Position numbers and translations under genes: made by a program. A model generated the notes under the pieces. That model made no database searches and was not told the origin of the DNA. It saw nothing but the letters and a program-made list of their open reading frames with translations. Positions 1-8,752 of a stretch of 35,380 bases of DNA are shown here, in pieces. The stretch is taken from IMG/VR virus record IMGVR_UViG_3300030330_001746, positions 1 through 35,380 of that record, one strand, 5' to 3'. The first letter of the stretch is position 1, and each line of letters opens with the position of its first letter. This stretch comes from a virus. Its lineage: Duplodnaviria; Caudoviricetes.

Positions 1-186
1 GGCAAGGCGGGTGGCGAGTATTTAGAGAGCATTGGCAAGAGCGACTTGGCGGCGTTGTCGAAAGATGAGTGGCTCGTTTTTTTGCAAAGTGTTGTCGGGC
101 GACTGCATGAGGTGCGGCACGATTATGACCGAAAAATTGAAGCGCAGTTCGAGGAAGACCCGTTCGGGTTGCCGCCACTCAGATGA
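1..186 (+). CDS. Partial (5'-truncated) small phage protein, DUF6511-like
   Basis: Frame 1 is open from the window edge: GKAGGEYLESIGKSDLAALSKDEWLVFL...PPLR*. Its TGA overlaps the primase ATG (ATGA at 183-186). Confidence 0.65.
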   Translation, partial: GKAGGEYLESIGKSDLAALSKDEWLVFLQSVVGRLHEVRHDYDRKIEAQFEEDPFGLPPLR

Positions 187-1922
187 GCATTGAACAGATG
201 GCGCGTGAGCGTTTCGGCGAGCCTAACATGCGGATGTCGCGCGACGGTGAGTTGCGGTTCGGTGGCAAGGGCTCAAAAAGCGTGAACCTCGAGACCGGCG
301 AATGGTTTGATTTTGAGAACTGGAGCGGCGGCGTGTTGGAGAACAAGGAGCCCGAGCCGGCAGCGAATTGTGTTCGCATGATCGTTCAAAAGTACGACTA
401 CGTCGATCTCGATGGCGTGCTGCGTTACCAGGTGTGCCGGTACATGCCGAAGGACTTTCGCCCGCGTGTGCCCAACGGTGCTGGGTGGCGCGAGGGCCGC
501 GGCTGCATGGATGGGGTTGAGCGGCTGCCGTACCATGTGACCGAAATTTTGAAATCCGACTACGTCATCGTCGTCGAAGGCGAGAAGGATGTCGATGCGC
601 TGCGAGCGGCGGGGTTTTGTGCGACGACTAAGTGCGGCGGGGCGGCGAAGACTTGGGAGCCGAGTGCGCTGCAATACTTTCGCGATCGCGATGTTTATGT
701 GGTGCCAGATAATGATGCGGCGGGCGTGCGTTCGGCAGAGAAAACGTGTGCGGCGCTTGTGGGTGTTGCGCGCAGTGTGCGGTATGCGCCGTTGTGTGCC
801 GACATGGCGCCGAAGGCGGATGTCTCGGATTGGCTTAATGCTGGCGGCGGCGATGTCGTTGAGGCGTGCAAGGCGTTTCCTGAGTTTGATGCCGAAGAGG
901 TAGACGCCGACTTTGTGTTTGAGACGCTTGACGCCGATACCATTACGCCGGTGTTGTCGTCTGACGACTTTGTCGAGGGCGTTCTTATTGCCGGCGCCAT
1001 GAGCGTTGTCTATGGGCCATCGAACGTGGGTAAAACATTTTGGGCGGCGGACCTTGCCATGCATGTGGCGGCGGGTTGGGAGTGGCGGGGCTGCGAGGTT
1101 GCGCAGATGCCGGTGCTGTATGTGGCGGCCGAAGGTGCGTTCGGTATACGCAATCGCGTGGCGGCGTTTCGGCGGCACTACGAGATGTCGGAGACGCTGC
1201 CGTTTCATGTCATTCCGGTGGCCGTGAACCTGTTATCGGATGACGAGGCGGTCGAGCGGCTTATTAATACGGCGAAGGTCAAGGGTGCCGGCATGATCGT
1301 GCTGGACACTTTGGCGCGGGTTATTGCCGGCGGCAACGAGAATGCGCCTGATGATATGGGGCAGCTGATTGGCAATTGTGACCGAATTCGCGAAGAGGCG
1401 CGTTGTCATGTCATGCTTGTGCATCATACCGGGAAGGATGAGGCGCGGGGTGCCAGGGGCCATTCGTCGCTGCGGGCGGCGACGGACACTGAGGTTGAGG
1501 TAAGCGGTGGCAATGGAGTTAGCGTTGCCAAGGTGACCAAGCAACGTGAGCTAGAGATTGAAGGTGAATTTGGGTTCACGCTCAAGGTGGTTGAGTTGGG
1601 GTTAAATACACGGGGCAAGGAGGTGACCTCGTGTGTGGTCATTGGGGCAGAGGCGGCGTCGAAGACGAAGCCGAAGCGACCAAGAGGAGCGATGCAAAAG
1701 ACACTATTAAAGGCGTTACATAATGCTCTTGTTGATCATGGCACAGCGGTCAGCGACAGCCGTGGTCGAATTGTTGATGAAGATAATTGGCGCCAGGTGG
1801 CGTTTGCCATGATGAGCGGCGAGCCAAAGCATAAGTGGACGAACTTTCGACGCGCCGCCGATAGTCTCATTGGCGACGAGTTTGTCGGATATCGTGATCA
1901 TATGGCGTGGGTGTTGGAATAA
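183..1922 (+). CDS. Primase (Toprim) fused to RepA/AAA_25-type helicase
   Basis: Toprim motifs VVEGEKD and PDND; Walker A GPSNVGKT; Walker B IVLDT; LVHHTGKD...RGHSSL typical of AAA_25 helicases. Confidence 0.9.
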   Translation: MSIEQMARERFGEPNMRMSRDGELRFGGKGSKSVNLETGEWFDFENWSGGVLENKEPEPAANCVRMIVQKYDYVDLDGVLRYQVCRYMPKDFRPRVPNGAGWREGRGCMDGVERLPYHVTEILKSDYVIVVEGEKDVDALRAAGFCATTKCGGAAKTWEPSALQYFRDRDVYVVPDNDAAGVRSAEKTCAALVGVARSVRYAPLCADMAPKADVSDWLNAGGGDVVEACKAFPEFDAEEVDADFVFETLDADTITPVLSSDDFVEGVLIAGAMSVVYGPSNVGKTFWAADLAMHVAAGWEWRGCEVAQMPVLYVAAEGAFGIRNRVAAFRRHYEMSETLPFHVIPVAVNLLSDDEAVERLINTAKVKGAGMIVLDTLARVIAGGNENAPDDMGQLIGNCDRIREEARCHVMLVHHTGKDEARGARGHSSLRAATDTEVEVSGGNGVSVAKVTKQRELEIEGEFGFTLKVVELGLNTRGKEVTSCVVIGAEAASKTKPKRPRGAMQKTLLKALHNALVDHGTAVSDSRGRIVDEDNWRQVAFAMMSGEPKHKWTNFRRAADSLIGDEFVGYRDHMAWVLE

Positions 1923-1940
1923 TGTGTGACTTTTTTGCAC

Positions 1941-2044
1941 TACCGCAAACTACCGCATTTTACCGCAATTGCGGTATGCGCAAAGTACCAGCAACTACCG
2001 CATTTACCGCATTCCTCTATAAGAATGCGGTATGCGGTGCGGTA
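1941..2044. repeat. TACCGCA iteron cluster, probable replication origin
   Basis: TACCGCA at 1941, 1951, 1961, 1996 and 2005; inverted TGCGGTA at 1970, 2026 and 2038; directly downstream of the primase-helicase. Confidence 0.75.
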
Positions 2045-2067
2045 TTGAGGCAGCGAGTGGAGGTAGG

Positions 2068-2532
2068 ATGATTGAAAAGCAAATTGCGGTAGCTGTGAAA
2101 GAGCATTGCGGCGGTGTGGATGGACTGATGGGTTTCTTTCTTGAGGCTGCGGACACTGAGCGACGATTGCCGGGGGCGATCGATCTGCGCGCAAAGACGG
2201 CGTGGCCTGAGACAATGCCAGAGGCTGAGCTTGCTTATGGATACAATGAGGAGGAAGTGCGGCTGGGGCCGGCAAATGCGATTACGGTCCGAAATTACGA
2301 TTGGGCATTGAGGGTTACGTTGCTGCTTGATGCTGACGATGCACGGTTGGTGTGGGCTTGTGCTCATAGTGCGTTCAGAAGACAGAGAGGGCCGGCGTGG
2401 TCAAAGGTAGGTAGATTGCTGGGTTTGCACGCTGATACTGTTCGGCGGCGGTTTGAGCGTGCTTTACTAGAATGTTGGGTAAAATTAGATTACTGGGCTA
2501 ATTGTGTGGACGAACCGTGCGAAATAGCGTAA
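2068..2532 (+). CDS. DUF6362-like protein with C-terminal HTH, possible late transcription regulator
   Basis: GGAGG RBS before ATG 2068; EAADTERRLP...AWPE motif; HTH-like WSKVGRLLGLHADTVRRRF; lies between replication and packaging genes. Confidence 0.6.
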   Translation: MIEKQIAVAVKEHCGGVDGLMGFFLEAADTERRLPGAIDLRAKTAWPETMPEAELAYGYNEEEVRLGPANAITVRNYDWALRVTLLLDADDARLVWACAHSAFRRQRGPAWSKVGRLLGLHADTVRRRFERALLECWVKLDYWANCVDEPCEIA

Positions 2533-2600
2533 AAAATACTTACGCTGTGGGGCGTTGACGCAAAATGCTGAGCCCTCCTGTTGTTTTAGAAAAAGGAGAG

Positions 2601-2628
2601 ACGAGCCGTTGCTGCGGCTCGTTTTTTT
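2601..2628 (+). terminator. Intrinsic terminator immediately upstream of terS
   Basis: ACGAGCCG-TTGCTG-CGGCTCGT hairpin followed by a T run. Confidence 0.65.
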
Positions 2629-3111
2629 ATGGGCATGTCGAAGCGTAAGCTTACAGAAAAAGTATTGGCTGAGATCCTTGAGTTAATTGCCAGTGGTAAG
2701 TCGTTGCGTTCAATTTGTGACCGAGAGCCGCGTTATCCAAATTGGCGGACATTTTTGCAGCATGTAAGAGATGACGACGAAATCTACGCCCGGTATCGGA
2801 AGGCAAGGATCGACCAAGCTGAGAGCTTGAGAGATTACTTACTTGAGTTAACACAACGTGAGCTGCCCGTTGATAAGCAGTTTGCTAATGCTGAAGTCCA
2901 AAGGCGAAAGCTTGAAGCTGACGTTATCAATCGCATGATTGGATCGGCCCAAGCCAAGGGATTGAGAGACAGGCAAGAGGATCAAGTTGAGAAGCCTACG
3001 ACGTTGACGATACGATGGGGTGACGACGGCGTTGAGGCAGTTGAAGAGACAGACAACGGGTTAGGTAAAACCCCTGTCCCGCAGCGTTCCGCGCGCGAGA
3101 ATCTGCACTAA
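2629..3111 (+). CDS. terS: Terminase small subunit
   Basis: ILELIASGKSLRSIC...P...TFLQHV...YRKAR pattern of Sf6 gp1-like TerS; upstream of terL. Confidence 0.8.
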   Translation: MGMSKRKLTEKVLAEILELIASGKSLRSICDREPRYPNWRTFLQHVRDDDEIYARYRKARIDQAESLRDYLLELTQRELPVDKQFANAEVQRRKLEADVINRMIGSAQAKGLRDRQEDQVEKPTTLTIRWGDDGVEAVEETDNGLGKTPVPQRSARENLH

Positions 3112-3157
3112 GAACGCGAGGCATTCTCAATAGGTATGCCCCGCCTTTTGTTGCTTT

Positions 3158-3230
3158 TCAGGTTTGCAACCTGAAGGTCAAGCCAATGATATCAATAGGT
3201 TAAGGTAAGTTCCCCGCAATTTCCCCGCAA
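3158..3230 (+). promoter_or_regulatory. att-like site: core inverted repeat, IHF box and two arm-type repeats
   Basis: TCAGG-TTTGCAA-CCTGAAGGTCA (3158-3180); TATCAATAGGTTA (3190-3202) matches WATCAANNNNTTR; TTCCCCGCAA at 3210 and 3221. The same motif types occur at attP. Confidence 0.6.
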
Positions 3231-3359
3231 ACCGCACGCATTTGTCAGACCGAAAATTATTTTTGCGGCGATCCGACCCCCCCACCCCCCGCGAAAATGC
3301 GGCGCCGTACATCTACGTAATAATACGTCCATAACTGAGGCTCACAGGCTCTGACTGCC

Positions 3360-3578
3360 ATGAGAAATTATAAAGCAGAATACGCCCGCGAAACCCGCGA
3401 GCGCCGCGACAAGCGCGCCGCCCGCAATCGCGCCCGCTACTCCCTTATGAAAAAGGGGCGCGTCAAAAAAGGCGACGGCAAGCACGTAGACCACAAGAAC
3501 CGCAACGCGCTCGACAACCGCCCTGGCAATCTTTCGGTAATGTCGCGCGCAAGCAACTTGGCGCGAAGACGCAAATAA
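3360..3578 (+). CDS. Small HNH endonuclease-like protein
   Basis: HVDHKNRNALDN...NL...N motif; basic N-terminus; located next to terminase genes. Confidence 0.75.
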   Translation: MRNYKAEYARETRERRDKRAARNRARYSLMKKGRVKKGDGKHVDHKNRNALDNRPGNLSVMSRASNLARRRK

Positions 3579-3669
3579 TTCCCTGGCGCGCCTTGAGGCG
3601 CGACGGGATACGCCCGGCCTGGTTTTGCTCTCTTCCCAGGTCGGGCGCACCATTTAGGAGGTAAGGCAC

Positions 3670-3729
3670 ATGGCAAAAAAGAAAAAAAAGAAGACAAAGA
3701 AGAAATCGATAATGGGGCGCTACAAGTAG
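3670..3729 (+). CDS. 19-aa lysine-rich peptide MAKKKKKKTKKKSIMGRYK
   Basis: Strong RBS TAGGAGGT upstream of ATG 3670; too short to appear in the ORF track. Confidence 0.5.
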   Translation: MAKKKKKKTKKKSIMGRYK

Positions 3730-3741
3730 CGGATCCCGGCA

Positions 3742-3903
3742 ATGTACGAGGCTTATTGCGTAGCGGCGCCTGATGGCACAACGCGCCTGGCAATATTTTT
3801 TGATGGTTTTGAGGATCACGAGGATGCGCAACTTTTTCTGCGCATGCTAATGGCGCCTTATATAAGTCCGCATTGGTCAAATGAGAGTGAGAGTGTTCAC
3901 TGA
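3742..3903 (+). CDS. Hypothetical protein (53 aa)
   Basis: MYEAYCVAAPDGTTRLAIFFDGFED...SESVH*; TGA overlaps the terL ATG. Confidence 0.55.
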   Translation: MYEAYCVAAPDGTTRLAIFFDGFEDHEDAQLFLRMLMAPYISPHWSNESESVH

Positions 3904-5201
3904 TGCCAAGTGAAGAAGTCATCGACATAGGCTACACGCCGCGGCCGCTTCAGCGTGAGCTGCACGCGATGCTCGATAAGCACCGCTTCAACGTAATGGT
4001 AATTCATCGCCGCTTTGGCAAGACGGTGTGCGCCATCAATCATTTACTAAAGCGCGCAATACTTGAGGAGAAACCAAACCCGCGCCTGGCCTACATTGCA
4101 CCGACTTACAGACAGGCCAAAAACGTCGCCTGGGACTACCTCAAGCAGTTCGCCGGCAGCATTCCAAATTGCAAGTTTCACGAGACAGAACTTCGCTGCG
4201 ACTTGCCCAACGGCGCTCGCATAAGTCTCCTGGGCGCTGAGAACCCGGCCAGCTTGCGCGGCATTTATCTGGACATGGCCGTCATGGACGAGGTCGCCGA
4301 CATGCCGGCGAGCATCTTCCCCGAGGTCATTCGCCCAGCCTTGAGCGACAGAAAGGGCTCATGTGCTTTTATAGGCACGCCGCAAGGCCACAATTACTTT
4401 CACGATTTATGGGAAGCGGCGGCCAGCACCGATGGCTGGTCGCGAAAAATGTACAAGGCGAGCGAAACCAGCATCCTTGACGAGGAAGAGCTGGAAGCCG
4501 CCAAGGCAACAATGACTGAGGATCAGTACAACCAAGAATTTGAATGTTCCTGGGTGGCAAATGTTCCCGGCAGTGTCTACGGCAAAGAGCTGCAAGAGGC
4601 GGACGACGCCGGGCGCATCAACAGCGTGCCGCATCAACCACAAATTAAGGTCGATACGCATTGGGATATCGGCATGCATGACAGCACCGCGATCTGGTAC
4701 ACACAATCCGTTGGGCGCGGCGAAGTCCATGTCATCGATTATTACGAGAACCGTGGCGAAGGTCTGCCGCACTACATTCAGGAGCTGCAAAGCAAACCAT
4801 ACACCTACGGCAATCACTACGGTCCGCATGATCTTGAAGTTAAAGAAATGGGAACCGGCAAAAGCCGGCGCGAGGCTGCGCAATCCCTTGGCCTGAACTT
4901 TCGAATTGTGCCACGCCTGCCGATCGAGGACGGCATCCACGCGGCGCGCATGTTGTTGCCGCGGTGCTGGTTCGATCGCGACAATTGCCGCCAGGGGCTG
5001 GAAGCGCTGCGTCACTATCACCGCGCGTTTAACGAGCGCACGCGAGCGTTTCGCGACAAGCCGGTGCATGACTGGTCAAGTCACAGCGCCGACGCATTTC
5101 GGTATTGTGCCGTTGCCATGCAAGAAATGGCGACCACTGACGGGCGCCCGCTTCAGCGCGAGGCGGACATGAGTTACAACCCGTATAACTTCGCGGCGTG
5201 A
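3903..5201 (+). CDS. terL: Terminase large subunit
   Basis: Walker A HRRFGKT; YIAPTYRQAK; LRG...VMDE Walker B; FIGTPQG; nuclease motifs WDIG and HSADAFRY. Confidence 0.95.
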   Translation: MPSEEVIDIGYTPRPLQRELHAMLDKHRFNVMVIHRRFGKTVCAINHLLKRAILEEKPNPRLAYIAPTYRQAKNVAWDYLKQFAGSIPNCKFHETELRCDLPNGARISLLGAENPASLRGIYLDMAVMDEVADMPASIFPEVIRPALSDRKGSCAFIGTPQGHNYFHDLWEAAASTDGWSRKMYKASETSILDEEELEAAKATMTEDQYNQEFECSWVANVPGSVYGKELQEADDAGRINSVPHQPQIKVDTHWDIGMHDSTAIWYTQSVGRGEVHVIDYYENRGEGLPHYIQELQSKPYTYGNHYGPHDLEVKEMGTGKSRREAAQSLGLNFRIVPRLPIEDGIHAARMLLPRCWFDRDNCRQGLEALRHYHRAFNERTRAFRDKPVHDWSSHSADAFRYCAVAMQEMATTDGRPLQREADMSYNPYNFAA

Positions 5202-5650
5202 TACTTCGACCGGCTGAGGATGCGGATCTCCCGCAAATCTTGGCAATGGCAGAGGAAGGCACCGGCGAGAGTGCCTTTGAAGGCACGTTTAATCGCGAGC
5301 GCGCAACCGCGTATTTGCGTGCATACATGCACTGGTCTGAGGCTTCCGCAATTGTTGCCGTGGAAGGCAGCGAGATCCTGGGCGGCTATTGCGCAGTGTC
5401 TAGCTATGAAATGTGGGAAGAGCCGCTTTGCGGGCTTTTAAAATTTTGGGTTAAGCCATCAGCGCGCCGATCGCCGGTAGCGCGTGCGTTGGTTGACCAT
5501 GTAATCGGTTTCGCGGCGCAAACTGAATGCTTGTCAATTTATGTGTCGGCGTCCGCGCAACTAACAAAAACGCAACAACGACTTTTTGAGAATTTGATGA
5601 AAGGCGCCGGCTTTGAATATGCCGGCGTTATAATGAAAAGGAATTTGTGA
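5198..5650 (+). CDS. GNAT-family acetyltransferase-like protein
   Basis: N-terminal ILRPAEDADLPQI; FWVKPSARRSPVARALV (acetyl-CoA motif A-like); C-terminal GFEYAG. Confidence 0.7.
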   Translation: MILRPAEDADLPQILAMAEEGTGESAFEGTFNRERATAYLRAYMHWSEASAIVAVEGSEILGGYCAVSSYEMWEEPLCGLLKFWVKPSARRSPVARALVDHVIGFAAQTECLSIYVSASAQLTKTQQRLFENLMKGAGFEYAGVIMKRNL

Positions 5651-5883
5651 TGGGATTCTTCAAATCCAGCCCACCGCCACCGCCACCACCACCGCCGCCC
5701 CCAATCCCGCCTGTGCCACCGGACCCTGCGGTTAAACCGAAAGGCGTTAAGGAAACAAAGCGTATTGAGGAGCGCGTTGCCAAGAAACGTGGCACGCAAG
5801 CCTCGATATTGACGGGCGGACGCCGTGGCGCCGGCTTGTTGGTCGAGGAGCCAAGCACCAAGAAAACGCTGTTAGGTCAGTAA
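5650..5883 (+). CDS. Small proline-rich virion-associated protein
   Basis: MGFFKSS followed by a poly-Pro run; GTQASILTG...KKTLLG ending; directly before the portal, as in related podoviruses. Confidence 0.7.
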   Translation: MGFFKSSPPPPPPPPPPPIPPVPPDPAVKPKGVKETKRIEERVAKKRGTQASILTGGRRGAGLLVEEPSTKKTLLGQ

Positions 5884-5886
5884 CAG

Positions 5887-7518
5887 ATGGAAGCTGATCC
5901 ACGCGCCGAGTCATTGATAAAGCGCTATACCACATTGCAGACGCAGCGCTCGCACTGGGAAAACCACTGGCAAGAAATTGCTGATTTTATTATTCCCCGT
6001 AAGGCGGACATAACGAAGAAGCGCACTGCCGGCGACAAGCGAAGTGAGCAAATTTTCGATGGCACCGCTGTGCATGCCGCTGAGTTAATGGCTGCCAGTC
6101 TGCATGGCATGCTGACGAATGCGGCAGCGCCGTGGTTTTCGCTGCGTTATGAGGACAATGATTTAAACGGCGATGACGAGTCAAAGGAATGGCTCGAAGG
6201 CGCCACCGACGTCATGTATCAGCACCTGGCGCGCAGTAACTTCCAGGAACAGATACACGAGCTGTACGCGGATCTCGTGACGTTTGGCACTGCCGTCATA
6301 TTCATCGAGGACGACAAGAAGAATGGTTTCCGATTCAGCACCCGACACATAGCGGAATGCTACGTTTCGGAGGACGAGGATGGGCGCGTCGATACTGTAT
6401 TCAGGAAATACAAAACGACAGCGCGCGCAGCGGTGCGGCAATTCGGCGAGCAACGGGTCACACAACGCATATTAAAACTTTACACAGAAGACCCATACGC
6501 TGAGATTGAATTGCTTCACGTTGTTATGCCGCGAGACGACTACAATCGGCGAAAGAAGAACGCACTTAATATGCCCTATGCATCTATTTACATGGATGCT
6601 GAGGAAAAGATGATTTTGGGCGAAGGCGGTTACCAAGAATTTGCATATTGTGTGCCGCGCTTTCTTAAAGGCAGCTTTGAGATTGGCTATGGCCGATCGC
6701 CGAGCATGACAGCGCTCAGCGATACGAAAATGGTCAATAAAATGAGCGAAGTCGTCATTCGCGCGGCCCAGCTTCAGATACATCCGCCGCTCATGGTGCC
6801 TGATGATGGCTTCATGGCTCCCGTCCGTACAACTCCTGGCGGCATCAACTTTTATCGGTCAGGCACCCGTGATCGCATCGAGCCGCTCAACATTGGCTCG
6901 AACAATCCGCTGGGTGAAGGCCAGCTTGAACAGCGCCGGCAAGCGATCCGCGCAGCGTTCTACGTTGACCAGTTAATTTTGGGCGAAGGTCCGCAAATGA
7001 CTGCAACGGAGGTCATACAGCGGACTGAGGAAAAGATGCGGCTTTTGGGTCCGGTTCTTGGCCGGCTACAGGCCGAATTGCTTCAGCCGCTGATCAGTCG
7101 TTGTTTTTCAATCTTGTCGCGGCAAAAGAAATTTGCGCCGCCACCGGAAAGCCTACAAGGCGGCGACATTGACATTGAGTACGTGTCACCACTCGCGAAG
7201 GCGCAGCGCTCTGGCGACGTCCAGGCCGTCATGCAGATGTTTGAATTCCTGGCGCCGTTGATGGAGCTAGACCAAACCGTGGTCGATTATCTCGATATGG
7301 ACGGGCTTGCCCGGCATGTCATTAAGGTGACTGGCACGCCGGCGGTTGTGACGCGCGGCGAGGCAGAGGTTGCCGAGCTGCGGCAACAGCGACAACAACA
7401 GCAAGCTCAGCAACAGGAAATGATGATGGTACAGCAAGCGGCTCAGGCTGCCGGTCAAGCTGCGCCGGCTCTCAAAGAGGTTCGCGAAGGTGGTGGTCTT
7501 GAGGCACTGACGGCGTGA
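5887..7518 (+). CDS. Portal protein (head-to-tail connector)
   Basis: 543 aa; YGRSP, MTATEV..R.EE, LGPVLGRL..ELL.PLI and IEYVSPLA motifs; Gln-rich C-terminus. Confidence 0.93.
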   Translation: MEADPRAESLIKRYTTLQTQRSHWENHWQEIADFIIPRKADITKKRTAGDKRSEQIFDGTAVHAAELMAASLHGMLTNAAAPWFSLRYEDNDLNGDDESKEWLEGATDVMYQHLARSNFQEQIHELYADLVTFGTAVIFIEDDKKNGFRFSTRHIAECYVSEDEDGRVDTVFRKYKTTARAAVRQFGEQRVTQRILKLYTEDPYAEIELLHVVMPRDDYNRRKKNALNMPYASIYMDAEEKMILGEGGYQEFAYCVPRFLKGSFEIGYGRSPSMTALSDTKMVNKMSEVVIRAAQLQIHPPLMVPDDGFMAPVRTTPGGINFYRSGTRDRIEPLNIGSNNPLGEGQLEQRRQAIRAAFYVDQLILGEGPQMTATEVIQRTEEKMRLLGPVLGRLQAELLQPLISRCFSILSRQKKFAPPPESLQGGDIDIEYVSPLAKAQRSGDVQAVMQMFEFLAPLMELDQTVVDYLDMDGLARHVIKVTGTPAVVTRGEAEVAELRQQRQQQQAQQQEMMMVQQAAQAAGQAAPALKEVREGGGLEALTA

Positions 7519-7709
7519 CCCCAAAAGAGCTGAAATCGACTTACAAATCGGTCTTCGAAAGCGACGACGGCAAACAAGTTTTAAAAGACATGGAATTGAG
7601 GTTTGGACTATGGCGCACGAGCTACGTTCCAGACAGCAACGAGACGGCGTTTCGCGAAGGACAACGAGACGTCATTTTATTCATCCATTCAATTTTAAAG
7701 GAGAAGTAA
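7515..7709 (+). CDS. Bbp19-like small phage protein
   Basis: YKSVFESDDGKQVLKDM...TAFREGQRDVILFI; lies between portal and scaffold. Confidence 0.75.
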   Translation: MTPKELKSTYKSVFESDDGKQVLKDMELRFGLWRTSYVPDSNETAFREGQRDVILFIHSILKEK

Positions 7710-7710
7710 C

Positions 7711-8514
7711 GTGTCCGAAGAGCAGGGAGCGGTTGCTCCGGTAGAAACCGGGGAGGCACCGTCTGACGATTGGAGATCAAGTTTACCTACGGAATTGCAA
7801 TCCGACCCATCGCTTCAACACATTGGAAGCGTCGAAGGGATGGCGAAGTCCTACATAAACGCCCAAAAAATGGTAGGCGCCGAAAAGCTGGCGATACCGG
7901 GAAACTGGGCGACGGACGAGGATTGGGATCTGGTTTACAACAAGCTGGGACGCCCACAAGACCCAAGGGAATACGAGTTTAGTCTCGGCGAAGAGACGAA
8001 CGAAGAGTTTACAGATTGGTTTCGCAACGCTGCACACAAGTCTGGCTTATCTGCCCGCCAGGCAGCCCAGCTCGCTGAGGCTTACCAAGAATTTTCTGGT
8101 ACAACGATGCAACAAAGTGAGGCACAAGCGGAAAGTCATCGTGACGCTGTTGAGGCAGAACTAAGGCAAGAGTTTGGCGGGCAGTTTGAGGCAAAAATCG
8201 AAGCCGCAAACGAGATGCTTAAAGAATTTGAAGCGCCCGATTTAACTGAAATGCGCATGGCGGATGGCTCTTCTCTTGGCGACAATGCCGACATGGTTCG
8301 CTTTATGGTCAAGGTTACTGACTATATTAAGAAAGAAATTAGTGAGGACGGGCTCGCTGGTCGCGATAGCCGTCCGACGCTAAGCGAAACAGATATCCAG
8401 GCGCGCATCAGTCAGCTCTCTCAGAGAGGTTCGCCCTATTGGGAAAAGCATCACCCTGATCACGATCGAACGGTAAGCGAGGTTCTGCGCCTTCGCGAGC
8501 AACTCAATGGATGA
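7711..8514 (+). CDS. Capsid scaffolding/assembly protein
   Basis: Acidic and helical; KSYINAQKMVG, YNKLGRP, GLSARQA and PYWEKHHPDH motifs; upstream of the capsid gene. Confidence 0.8.
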   Translation: MSEEQGAVAPVETGEAPSDDWRSSLPTELQSDPSLQHIGSVEGMAKSYINAQKMVGAEKLAIPGNWATDEDWDLVYNKLGRPQDPREYEFSLGEETNEEFTDWFRNAAHKSGLSARQAAQLAEAYQEFSGTTMQQSEAQAESHRDAVEAELRQEFGGQFEAKIEAANEMLKEFEAPDLTEMRMADGSSLGDNADMVRFMVKVTDYIKKEISEDGLAGRDSRPTLSETDIQARISQLSQRGSPYWEKHHPDHDRTVSEVLRLREQLNG

Positions 8515-8683
8515 CAAGGAGATTAAATTAGAATGTTTGCGCCTGGCTGTGCAGTTTGGCTCGGCGCGCACAGTAAGCGATCCGGTAATGCTTGCGCAGC
8601 GTTACATGGACTTCGTGAAATCCGAGGACAAGCCACGAGCCCCCCGGCGCAAGCCTTTGAGTAAGGCGGACCAGTCGGCCTAA
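8507..8683 (+). CDS. Hypothetical protein (58 aa)
   Basis: MDDKEIKLECLRLAVQFG...AQRYMDFV...; overlaps the scaffold stop codon. Confidence 0.6.
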   Translation: MDDKEIKLECLRLAVQFGSARTVSDPVMLAQRYMDFVKSEDKPRAPRRKPLSKADQSA

Positions 8684-8752
8684 CCGACAGTGAGCCGGGC
8701 AATAGCCCGATAACTGACGCAATCTGAAACCACAACTGTAGGAGCATGGGAC

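Noticed and set aside
273-1208. 311-aa antisense ORF and similar minus-strand ORFs across the structural genes
   Set aside because: They are shadows of well-supported plus-strand genes in GC-rich DNA and have no recognisable motifs.
1941-2044. CRISPR array
   Set aside because: The repeats are 7 bp, occur in both orientations and have no unique spacers; the Cas4-like gene at 34727 belongs to the Sak4/SSB recombination module.
5671-5722. CCN-rich tract as a microsatellite
   Set aside because: It encodes the poly-proline run of the small pre-portal protein with mixed codons.
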